Shown: one piece after another, positions 10,703 through 18,902 of the stretch
How positions within the stretch are numbered: the stretch's first letter is position 1
Layout of the letters: the number at the start of each line of letters is the position of its first letter
Assembly (NCBI GenBank): GCA_963816185.1
Contig: CAWFJJ010000025.1
Coordinates: 192,001 to 256,000 of the forward strand
From: Thermoanaerobaculia bacterium
GTDB taxonomy: Bacteria; Acidobacteriota; Thermoanaerobaculia; UBA5066
Direction of reading: 5' to 3'
DNA length: 64,000 bases
Program-made: the position numbers and the translations under genes
The notes under the pieces: model-generated
The model's database searches: none
What the model saw: only the letters and a program-made list of their open reading frames with translations
What the model was told of the DNA's origin: nothing

Positions 10703-12376
10703 TCAGCCCGCGGCCAGGGTCGCGACGCGCTCGCCGCGCGAGGCCAGAATCGCCTCGGCGGCCCGCACGCCGGCGTCCTGCGCCTCCTCGAAAAGCGGAA
10801 GCCCGCCGGAGTCGGTATTCGCGAAATGAACTCCGCCCACCGGCGCGAGATGCCGGACCTCGCTCGAAAGAAATCCCGGCGTCGGGCGCGGCATCGCGTG
10901 GCCCCAGCGGACGACGTCGAGGCGCGTGACGAGATTCGGCAGGTCGCGGTGCGCGATCGAAAGGTCCGCGAGAGCGGCCGACGCGAGGTCGTCCCACGAC
11001 GCGGCGAGAAGCTTTGCGCGCGCGGCGGCCGGGGGCTCGTCCGTGAAAGGCAGGTAATACGTGAAGACGGTCGGCCCGTACTCCGGGCCGGTCTGATGCG
11101 TCGCGACGACGTAGCCGAGCGAGCGCGAGTCGTGGAGCACGTTGTCCCACGCGAGGGGAAAACCCGTCTCCTTCGGCCGCGACCGGAGCGTGAGGTTCGC
11201 GACGAGCCACGGCGCCCAGGACATCTCCTCGAGAAAGGCAGGCGGGGCCGCGCGCCACGGGGCGAGGACCCGCGCGGCCACGAATTTCGGCAGCGCGAGG
11301 ATCGCGTGCGCGGCCTCGACCGCGACGACTTCGTCGCGGGCCGCGTCCAGGACGCGCAACCGGACCGGCGAGCCCGGCTTCGGCGCCGGCACGACGTCGA
11401 ACACGAGGGAGGAGGCCGCGAGGCGTCCCGCGACGCTCTTCGCGAGGAGAGCGACGAGGCGGCCGTTCCCTTCCGGCCACGTCAGGAAGTCGGACGGGTC
11501 CTCGTCGTCGCCCTCTCCGGGGAGGCGCGCCGCGTTGTAGTGGACGCCCGCCCACGCAGAGGTGTGGTCGAGGTTCGAGCCGAAGTCGTCGCGGCACCCG
11601 TATTCCGTGAGCCAGAGAAGGCGCGGCGACGTGTAGCCGTGCGCGCGCATCCAGTCGGCCATCGTGATGCGGTCGAGCCCCGTGAACTCGGGGTCGTCCG
11701 ACGAGAGGCGCGTCGGGATCGCGAAGGCGCGCCGGCCTTTCGAGTCCTTTCGGGCGGCGAGGGCGTTCATCTCGAGGTTGAACCGCGCGAGCTGCACGAG
11801 GTCTTCCGGCGAAGCGCCGTCGCGCGGATAAAGGCCCGGACGCCACGCGTATCCGAAGAACAGCCGTTCCTCGGGCTCGCGGCACAGCATCTCCTCGGCC
11901 CACTCGGGCGCGCCGTTCGCGTCCCGTGAGACGAGCGCGCCGGCCTCCTCGAGGATGGCCTCGAGCGCGCGGTTCGGCGAGGCGGGAACGGGCACGTAAT
12001 GGGCGCCCCATGGAAACGCGGACACGTCGTTCGAACCCGAGAGGGCGGTGCCTCCGGCCGCGTCCTCGAGATCGAAGACGCGGAAATCCGTGTCGCCGGC
12101 ACGGGCGAGCCGCCATGCGGCGGAGAGACCCGACACGCCCGCGCCCACGATCGCCGTGCCGACGCGCTCCGTGCGGACGGCGGGGCGGGACAGGAGATCC
12201 CCCGCGCGAAGGAGGTGCCCCCGCGCGACCTCCGGGCCCACGATCCTCCCGCCGAAGGGAAGGCCCCGGGCGTTCTTCTTCCCGCACGCCGTCAGGGCGG
12301 CGGCGAATGCCGAAAGCGCGGGAAGGCCCACGAGCGACGCGATCGCGTCGCGCCGGCTCAGTCGAAGCGCTTCCAT
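10703..12376 (-). CDS. FAD-dependent amine-oxidase-like oxidoreductase with Tat/lipoprotein signal
   Basis: ATG 12376. SRRDAI twin-arginine, hydrophobic stretch, LTAC lipobox; IVGAGVSGL dinucleotide motif; FPWGAHY; RWGHAM; LPLFEEA. Confidence 0.87.
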   Translation of the reverse strand: MEALRLSRRDAIASLVGLPALSAFAAALTACGKKNARGLPFGGRIVGPEVARGHLLRAGDLLSRPAVRTERVGTAIVGAGVSGLSAAWRLARAGDTDFRVFDLEDAAGGTALSGSNDVSAFPWGAHYVPVPASPNRALEAILEEAGALVSRDANGAPEWAEEMLCREPEERLFFGYAWRPGLYPRDGASPEDLVQLARFNLEMNALAARKDSKGRRAFAIPTRLSSDDPEFTGLDRITMADWMRAHGYTSPRLLWLTEYGCRDDFGSNLDHTSAWAGVHYNAARLPGEGDDEDPSDFLTWPEGNGRLVALLAKSVAGRLAASSLVFDVVPAPKPGSPVRLRVLDAARDEVVAVEAAHAILALPKFVAARVLAPWRAAPPAFLEEMSWAPWLVANLTLRSRPKETGFPLAWDNVLHDSRSLGYVVATHQTGPEYGPTVFTYYLPFTDEPPAAARAKLLAASWDDLASAALADLSIAHRDLPNLVTRLDVVRWGHAMPRPTPGFLSSEVRHLAPVGGVHFANTDSGGLPLFEEAQDAGVRAAEAILASRGERVATLAAG

Positions 12377-13902
12377 TCTCCCTCGTAGGTCCTCACGAGG
12401 ACCTGGTCGTTTAGCCGGTTCACGGGGACGTCGTCGATACGCGCCACGTCGGGCCCGAAGACGAAGAGCGACGGGAGAGTCTCTTTCGAAAGCGCTCGCA
12501 GGCCTTCGGGCAGGCGCGTCCCGAGATTCACGGTCGTCGCGGACGCGAGGACGAATCCCCACTCCCCGAACGACGGCACGGCGATGTGATACGGCCGCGT
12601 CGAAAAGCCGGCGGCCCTGAGCGTCGCGTCCACGATCCAGAAGCTGCGGCGCGCGAAGAGGGGAGACGTGGACTGCACGACGACGACCCCGTCGGGATCG
12701 AGCTTCTTCTTCACGAGCGAATAGAACCGCGAGGTATAGAGCTTGCCTACGGCATAGCTGTTGGGGTCGGGAAAATCGACCACGATGATGTCGAAGAGAT
12801 CGGGCTCCTTCTCGATCCAGATCATCGCGTCCTCGTTCACGATCCTGACCTTCGGCGATCTCAGAGAGCCGCCGTTCAGGGCGAGGAAGAGAGGATGCGT
12901 CGTCGCGAGAAGCGTCATCGCGGGGTCGAGCTCCACGAGCGTGACGCTCTCGACCTCGGGGTGCTTCAGGATCTCGCGGACGGCGAGGCCGTCCCCGCCC
13001 CCGAGCACGGCGATGCGCCGGGCACGCGGCGCGGCCGCGAATGCGGGGTGTACGAGCGCCTCGTGGTACCGGTACTCGTCCACGGACGAGAACTGGAGGT
13101 GCCCGTTCAGGAAGAGCTGGAAGCCGGCGCGGTTTCGCGTCACGACGATGCGCTGGTACGGAGTCGTCCGGGCCACGACGACTTCGTCGGCGTACTGGTT
13201 CTCCTCGGCGACGGCCGTGAGGCGATCCGCGACGACGAAGGCGGCGAGGAGGATCGCCGTGACGAGTCCCGCCTTTGCGAGAAGGCCGCCCGGCGGCCCG
13301 ATCCGGTCCCGGAAGAGCCGGATCGACCAGAACGCGACGGCCGCGTTGAGAAGGCCGAAGAGAACCGACGTGCGCGTGAGCCCGAGATGCGGAAGGAAGA
13401 CGAGCGGAAAGAGGATCGAAGCCGCGAGCGCGCCGAGGTAATCGAACGTGAGGACCTGCGCCACGAGGTCGCGGAAGACGACCGTGTCCTTGAGGAGGCG
13501 CATGAGGAGCGGAATCTCGAGGCCGACGAGCGTCCCGATCCCGACGACGACGCCGTAGAAGACGGGCGGGAACCAGCGCGGCGACGAGAAGGCGAAGAAG
13601 AGCATCGGCGCGGAGAGGCCGCCGAGGAGCGCGACGCCGATCTCGGTCTCCACGAATCGCCGCGCGACCCCGCGCACGACGAAGCGGGAGAGAAACGCGC
13701 CGAGGCCGAGAGCCGTGAGGTAGATCCCGATGACGAGGGAGAACTGCGTGACCGAGTCGCCGAGGAGATAGCTCGCGAGAGCTCCGGCGACGAGCTCGTA
13801 GACGAGACCGCACGACGCGATCGCGAGGACCGTGAGGTAGACGGGTCCCGGCCGGAGGGCGGGCACCGCCTCAGGGGCGGCGCTTCCCTCTCGGTCGCCC
13901 AT
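12358..13902 (-). CDS. Membrane-fused polyamine aminopropyltransferase (spermidine synthase-like)
   Basis: Seven N-terminal hydrophobic segments, then LQFSSVDEYRYHEALVHP, LGGGDG, VELDP and DFPDP. Confidence 0.92.
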   Translation of the reverse strand: MGDREGSAAPEAVPALRPGPVYLTVLAIASCGLVYELVAGALASYLLGDSVTQFSLVIGIYLTALGLGAFLSRFVVRGVARRFVETEIGVALLGGLSAPMLFFAFSSPRWFPPVFYGVVVGIGTLVGLEIPLLMRLLKDTVVFRDLVAQVLTFDYLGALAASILFPLVFLPHLGLTRTSVLFGLLNAAVAFWSIRLFRDRIGPPGGLLAKAGLVTAILLAAFVVADRLTAVAEENQYADEVVVARTTPYQRIVVTRNRAGFQLFLNGHLQFSSVDEYRYHEALVHPAFAAAPRARRIAVLGGGDGLAVREILKHPEVESVTLVELDPAMTLLATTHPLFLALNGGSLRSPKVRIVNEDAMIWIEKEPDLFDIIVVDFPDPNSYAVGKLYTSRFYSLVKKKLDPDGVVVVQSTSPLFARRSFWIVDATLRAAGFSTRPYHIAVPSFGEWGFVLASATTVNLGTRLPEGLRALSKETLPSLFVFGPDVARIDDVPVNRLNDQVLVRTYEGEWKRFD

Positions 13903-13906
13903 ACCG

Positions 13907-14131
13907 TCAGCCTCCCGAGACGGAGGCCGCGATGATGATCGCCATCGCGATCACGATCGACCCGATCACGATCCCGAGCGCCGTGTTCTGGTCCTCCTCC
14001 ATCTCCTTCTTCAGCGAGAAGGGCAGGAGCTTCGGCAGGATCGCGAAGAAGATGCCGAACAGGACCATCCCCAGAACCGAGAAGATCACGGTCGACTCCA
14101 CTTGATGCCCGTGCTGCGCCCACCATTCCAT
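13907..14131 (-). CDS. DUF350 small membrane protein
   Basis: ATG 14131 overlaps the upstream TAA. Two TM segments; KKEMEEDQNTALGIVIGSIVIAMAIIIAAS. Confidence 0.87.
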   Translation of the reverse strand: MEWWAQHGHQVESTVIFSVLGMVLFGIFFAILPKLLPFSLKKEMEEDQNTALGIVIGSIVIAMAIIIAASVSGG

Positions 14132-14298
14132 TACTTGCCTCCGCTCCAGAAGTGCCACGTCCGGTAGCCGCCCGCGTTGCGGGCTCCCGAAGGCAGCGTG
14201 TTGCGTTTCGTATTTCCCGCCATCTCCCAGCCCGAGAACGCCGCGAGAGAGTACGCGAGGAGAAGCGCGCCGCCGAAGACCTGGAAGATGCGTCTCAT
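14131..14298 (-). CDS. 55-aa membrane-anchored or secreted peptide ending in GGK (absent from the ORF track)
   Basis: SD AAGGAGG, ATG 14298, MRRIFQVFGGALLLAYSLAAFSGWEMAGNTKRNTLPSGARNAGGYRTWHFWSGGK*. The TAA overlaps the DUF350 ATG and the ORF fills the operon gap exactly. Confidence 0.85.
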   Translation of the reverse strand: MRRIFQVFGGALLLAYSLAAFSGWEMAGNTKRNTLPSGARNAGGYRTWHFWSGGK

Positions 14299-14308
14299 CG
14301 GGCCTCCT

Positions 14309-16396
14309 TCATTCGTCGTCCGAGTCCCGTTCCCCGCCGGCGCTCGTGAAGTCGCTGTCGGCCCAGCGCCGGCCCTCGAACGCGATCCTCCTGAACGCGA
14401 GCAGCGCCGGAACCAGAAAGAGCAGGAGGATCACAAAAACGAGATGCGAGACGTGCGGGACGCCGCTCGTGAGCTTCACGCGGAACGAGGGCGGCGCCTT
14501 CCCGGCGTCGGACTCGGGCTCGAGGCGCAGGACCCAGCGCCCGGCGGGAATGCGCGGTACGTAGATGCGGCGGCTCTGGCTGCCTTCGCTCCAGCTCTCG
14601 CCGCCGTCGACACCCGAATACTTGTCCGAGATCAGGTCGAACGAGAGGACCTCGCCGGTGGCCTCGGAGATGAGGTCGAACCCGACCTGGACCCAGGTGT
14701 TGTTCGTGGGCGCCCAGAGGTCCACGGCGAGATTCGCGCCTCGCTTCGTCTCGAACGGCTCCGAGAGGAGGACGCGAGTGGCCGAGAGCGCGGCTTCCGC
14801 GGCCGCACGCGCCGCGATAGGGTTCGCCGGGGCCTGGCTCGGGGTCGGGGCCGCGCCGCCCTGCGACCAGTCGGCCGAGGCCGGGCTCGGGCTGCTGTCG
14901 CGCGCGACGTAGATCACGCGCTGCGGGTCCGTGAGGTCGAACGTCCGGTCGTAGACGACGGCGTGCGGCGTGAGCAGCTTCGCGAGGAAGAAGACGACGA
15001 TCGAGGCAAGTGAAAGGAGCCAGGCGGTTTTCCACCAGAGATGGCTCGTCTCGGCGTGCGGCCACGGCTGGCAGGCACCGACGCCCTGGGGCGGCGGAAG
15101 CGGCACCTTCAGCGCGAAGCCCGCGGCGGTCTCCTCGGGAGGGACGTACGCGCCCTCGGTCCACGCGATCTCTTTCTTCGCCTTCTCCTTCGAGAGCATG
15201 CGCGGCGGCTTGACGTAGTCCGTGGCCTCGGTGGTCTCGCCGGTCTTGACGGCCCAGTAGAACTCGCCGAGGACGCCGGCGACGCGCGCCTTGCTGCGCG
15301 AGAAAATGCGATACGAGTTGCCTCGGAAGACCGCCACACGAGTTCCGTCCTTGACCTCGCCCGCGGGCACGGGCTCGAGGAGCGTGTAATGGCCGTTCGA
15401 TTCCGCGAGCCAGTGGTAAGCCTCGGACTTTTCCTCCTTCAGGAGGTACTCCGTCCAGAAGTAGTCCTCGCCGCCCGAGGAGGTCGTCTTCTGGAGGGCG
15501 CCGAGGATCGCGTACTTGTGGTCACGGAGCGTGCCCTCGGCCCCGAGCGGGAGCGCCGCCTTGAACGGCACGGCCGCGAGCTTCTCGAGGACCGTGAACT
15601 TGGAGGGCGGGCCTTGCTCCTTCCGGTCTGCCGAGCCGAGCAGCGAGCCGCAGAACGGGCAGGCGATGCGCACCGTGTTCGCGGGGTCCCTGAGCTGGAG
15701 GGCGCCGCCGCAGCTCGGGCAGTTCAGGGCGAGAGCCTTGACGGAGACCGTGCGGTCGGACCATGCGACGAGCTCCGCGATGCCGAGGCTCGCGAGCGCG
15801 ACCGGCTTGCCCACGTAGAAGCCGTCGAGGCCGGGCCCGTCGCCGTAGTCGAGCGTCGCGAGGCTGCCGTCCGTTCCGGAAAGGTCGGCATACCTGAAGA
15901 TGGAGCCCGGCGGGGCCGCGAACGGCAGCTCGCCTTCGGCGGAGGCGTATGTCGCCTCCCGGGCCTCGACGATGGCGAAGCTTCCGTAGGCTCCCAGGTC
16001 GAGCGTTTCACCGGGCTGGAGCTGCTCGAACGCCGGCACCTGCGGAGGCTTGACCGGCGTCATGAGCCAGAATCCACCCTGCGCTTCGGCGAGCCATCCC
16101 CAGGTTCCGTCGCCATATCCGACGTACCACTCGTCCCACGTCCCCTCGCCGGTCGAGAGCTGGAGACGCCCGGCGATGTGGAACGGGCGCGTGCCCTTTT
16201 GCGGGCGCGCGTCCATCCCCAGCTTGAACGGGGAGGACGTCGGGACGAGCTCGGCGACCGTTCCGATGGCCTCGAGGTCCGCGCCCTTGCGCGCGACGGC
16301 GGACTTGCATTGCGGACAGATCGAGACGAGCGAAGCCCCTGTCTGAAACCGAACGGGACCCCCGCAGTTCGGACATTGGGCCGCGCGCGCGCTCAA
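14309..16396 (-). CDS. DUF4178-like membrane protein with two Zn-ribbons
   Basis: CPNCG..CPQC and CPSCG..CPFC, each followed by a DUF4178-like unit (WDEWY..WLAE..GELPF; WTEYL..WLAE..GEFYW). Two TM segments flank a soluble domain; tail FEGRRWADSDF. TTG start. Confidence 0.82.
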   Translation of the reverse strand: MSARAAQCPNCGGPVRFQTGASLVSICPQCKSAVARKGADLEAIGTVAELVPTSSPFKLGMDARPQKGTRPFHIAGRLQLSTGEGTWDEWYVGYGDGTWGWLAEAQGGFWLMTPVKPPQVPAFEQLQPGETLDLGAYGSFAIVEAREATYASAEGELPFAAPPGSIFRYADLSGTDGSLATLDYGDGPGLDGFYVGKPVALASLGIAELVAWSDRTVSVKALALNCPSCGGALQLRDPANTVRIACPFCGSLLGSADRKEQGPPSKFTVLEKLAAVPFKAALPLGAEGTLRDHKYAILGALQKTTSSGGEDYFWTEYLLKEEKSEAYHWLAESNGHYTLLEPVPAGEVKDGTRVAVFRGNSYRIFSRSKARVAGVLGEFYWAVKTGETTEATDYVKPPRMLSKEKAKKEIAWTEGAYVPPEETAAGFALKVPLPPPQGVGACQPWPHAETSHLWWKTAWLLSLASIVVFFLAKLLTPHAVVYDRTFDLTDPQRVIYVARDSSPSPASADWSQGGAAPTPSQAPANPIAARAAAEAALSATRVLLSEPFETKRGANLAVDLWAPTNNTWVQVGFDLISEATGEVLSFDLISDKYSGVDGGESWSEGSQSRRIYVPRIPAGRWVLRLEPESDAGKAPPSFRVKLTSGVPHVSHLVFVILLLFLVPALLAFRRIAFEGRRWADSDFTSAGGERDSDDE

Positions 16397-16434
16397 GGTG
16401 GGCGGATCTTACCGTTGATCATGAGACGCACTAA

Positions 16435-16526
16435 AGGGTCGGCCCGTATGCCCTCCTCCTTCGCGCGCGAACTCGCTTCGCTCAGACAGCGCGTCGCGTG
16501 CGTCGGAGGGCACACGAGCCGGCCCT
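16435..16526. repeat. Palindromic REP/RPE-like element, copy 2 (intergenic)
   Basis: 22-bp arms at 16435-16456 and 16505-16526. Core AACTCGCTTCGCTCAGACA (16470-16488) is the exact reverse complement of 4441-4459. Confidence 0.8.
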
Positions 16527-16539
16527 CACAAGAGCCCGA

Positions 16540-18783
16540 TCAGGCTCCGGCCCGGTGCTCGGGGTAGAGGCGCTCGAACTCGGGGTCGCCGTGCAGGAAG
16601 GCGAGATCGGGGTCGCGGCGGGCCCAGTCCGGGTCCTTGAAGCCGGCGTTCCAGGCCTTCCGGAGCGCTTCCAGAGCCTCGGGTTTGTTCTCGAGGCCGC
16701 AAAACACACATGCGACGTTGTAAAGAACAGTCGCGTCGTTCGGGCGCAAGGCGATTGCGAGGTTCGCCTCCCGCGTCGCATCGTCACGCCGATCCAGGGA
16801 GGCGTAGTTGGCTGCGAGGAGAACGCGCGCGCGTGCATCCTCGGGAACCGATTTCAGGTGATTCTCCAGCGCCAGGACTGTGCGCTGGCGGACGTTGCGG
16901 AGCGTTTCATCCTTCCCGAGCGCGCCGAGGGCGTTCAGGATCGGGACGTAGACGTTGTAGTCCTGTCCGCTCGCCTCCATGGCCGCGTCCGCGGCGTTTG
17001 CAAGATCCTGATAACGCCCTGAGGCGAAGAGCACGCGGCCGAGGACGTAGTACGCCCCCTCGCAGTCGCTCTTGCGCTCGATGGCCTGGCGCACGCAGCT
17101 CGCCGCCGCGTCGTACTGGCTTTCGGCGTACAGGATCCAGGCCTGGGCGACGAGAGCCTCGGGAAGCTGCGGGCTCAGCGCGACCGCTTTCCGGGAGGCT
17201 GCCAGCGCCCGTTCCAGCCAGACGGGATCGCGTCCGTAGTGATAATGGGTCTGCGCGCAGACGTTCGCGATGGCGGCGTGGGCCAGCGCGAAATCCGGGT
17301 CCAAGGCCGTCGCGTTCTCGAACATCTGGAGGGCGAACTCGAAGTCCTGCCGCGTGAGACGCCGCGCGTAGCTCTTGCCGCGGAGAAAAAGGTCGTACGC
17401 CTGGAGGTTCTCGGTCGGCTTGGCGGCGAGGGCCGCCTCCTCCTGCGGCGAGAGCGTGATCCGGAGGGCTTCGGCGATCTTGCGCGCGATCTCGTCCTGC
17501 ACCTCGAATACGTCCTGCATCTCGCGGTCGTACCGCTCGGACCAGAGAGGGAAGTCGGTGTGCGTGTCGACGAGCTGCGCGTTGATCCGCAGCCGGTTTC
17601 CGGACCGGCGCAGGCTCCCCGCGAGGACGAATGCCGCGTTGAGCTGCTGTCCGATCTGCGCGGGCGTCACCTGCTTGTCGCGATAGGCGAGGACCGTGGG
17701 TCGCGAAAAGATGTTCAAGCCCTTGATTTTCGAGAGCTCCGTGATGATGTCCTCGGTGATGCCGTCGCGGAAATACTCGTCCTCCTTCACGCCGGAGAGG
17801 TTCTCGAAGTAGAGGACGGCGATGGACTTCTCGGCTTGCCGGGTTCCGCCCCCGCGCGAGTCGCTCTTCTCGGCCGCGCGCTTCTTGCCCGAATCCATGT
17901 CGCGCTTCAGGCGCGTGAGATCCGTCTTCAGGTCCGTGGCGGTCTGGTAGCGCAGGTTGCGGTCCTTCTCGAGCGCCTTGTCGAGGATGCGCCCGAGCTC
18001 GGGTGGAAGAGCGGAGTTCAGCTGAGCGACCGGGAGCGGATCCCGGTTCAGGATCGCGTCGAAGATGACCGCGGAGGTCTCGCCCGGGAAGGGCAGCGTG
18101 CCCGTCGCCATCTGGTAAAGGACCGTCCCGAGCGAGAAGAGGTCCGTGCGGGCGTCGGCGAGCTGCCCGCGCGCCTGCTCGGGAGACATGTAAGACACGG
18201 TGCCCATCGACGTTCCGGGCGTCGTGAGGTCGTGCTGTGCGCCGACGGTCTCCAGGAGGGAGACGGCGCCGTCCGCTCCCCGGCGCGCTCCCTCGATCCG
18301 GGCGAGGCCGAAGTCCAGGATCTTCACCTGCCCCCGCGCGTTCACGAAGATGTTCGCCGGCTTGACGTCCCGGTGCACGATGCCGCGGGCGTGCGCCGAC
18401 TCGAGGGCGTCGGCGATCTGGATGCCCAGGGCGAGCAGGTTCTCCGGGTCGAATGGCGGATGCCCCGTCATCATCTGTGCGAGCGTCTGGCCTTCGAGGA
18501 GCTCCATGACGATGAAGTGCTGCCTCTCGTGCTCCTCGATGGCGAAGACCGTGCAGATCCCCGGATGGTTCAAAGCCGAGGCGGCACGCGCCTCGCGCTG
18601 GAAGCGCTCGAGCGACGGCGTGTCCTGGGCGAGCTCGGGAGGCAGGAACTTGAGCGCGACGCGGCGGCCGAGGCGTGAGTCCTCCGCTTCGTACACGACG
18701 CCCATCCCGCCGCTTCCGAGACGGCGCACGACCGTGTAATGGGAAATACTCTTCCCGATCAGGGGATCCGTGGGACTGGACAC
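16540..18783 (-). CDS. Hanks-type Ser/Thr kinase with TolB-N-like and TPR domains
   Basis: LGSGGMGVVY, VALK, HRDVKPAN, DFG, YMSPE; SIAVLYFEN..DGITEDI; TPR helices; no TM segment. Confidence 0.93.
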   Translation of the reverse strand: MSSPTDPLIGKSISHYTVVRRLGSGGMGVVYEAEDSRLGRRVALKFLPPELAQDTPSLERFQREARAASALNHPGICTVFAIEEHERQHFIVMELLEGQTLAQMMTGHPPFDPENLLALGIQIADALESAHARGIVHRDVKPANIFVNARGQVKILDFGLARIEGARRGADGAVSLLETVGAQHDLTTPGTSMGTVSYMSPEQARGQLADARTDLFSLGTVLYQMATGTLPFPGETSAVIFDAILNRDPLPVAQLNSALPPELGRILDKALEKDRNLRYQTATDLKTDLTRLKRDMDSGKKRAAEKSDSRGGGTRQAEKSIAVLYFENLSGVKEDEYFRDGITEDIITELSKIKGLNIFSRPTVLAYRDKQVTPAQIGQQLNAAFVLAGSLRRSGNRLRINAQLVDTHTDFPLWSERYDREMQDVFEVQDEIARKIAEALRITLSPQEEAALAAKPTENLQAYDLFLRGKSYARRLTRQDFEFALQMFENATALDPDFALAHAAIANVCAQTHYHYGRDPVWLERALAASRKAVALSPQLPEALVAQAWILYAESQYDAAASCVRQAIERKSDCEGAYYVLGRVLFASGRYQDLANAADAAMEASGQDYNVYVPILNALGALGKDETLRNVRQRTVLALENHLKSVPEDARARVLLAANYASLDRRDDATREANLAIALRPNDATVLYNVACVFCGLENKPEALEALRKAWNAGFKDPDWARRDPDLAFLHGDPEFERLYPEHRAGA

Positions 18784-18902
18784 GTCACGGCGGAGAGTAC
18801 CTCAGGCTCGGAAGGTCCCGTCGCGGGACCGCTCGTGCCAGCCGCGCAGCGGACTCGCTGCGAACGGAGCTTGATATCTTCGGGCGCCGGAGAGGATTCA
18901 AT

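Noticed and set aside
9266-13813. Long ORFs suggesting N-terminally extended SpeD (470 aa) and oxidoreductase (1036 aa)
   Set aside because: The extensions are stop-free shadow frames over neighbouring real genes in high-GC DNA. The true starts are 9619 and 12376.
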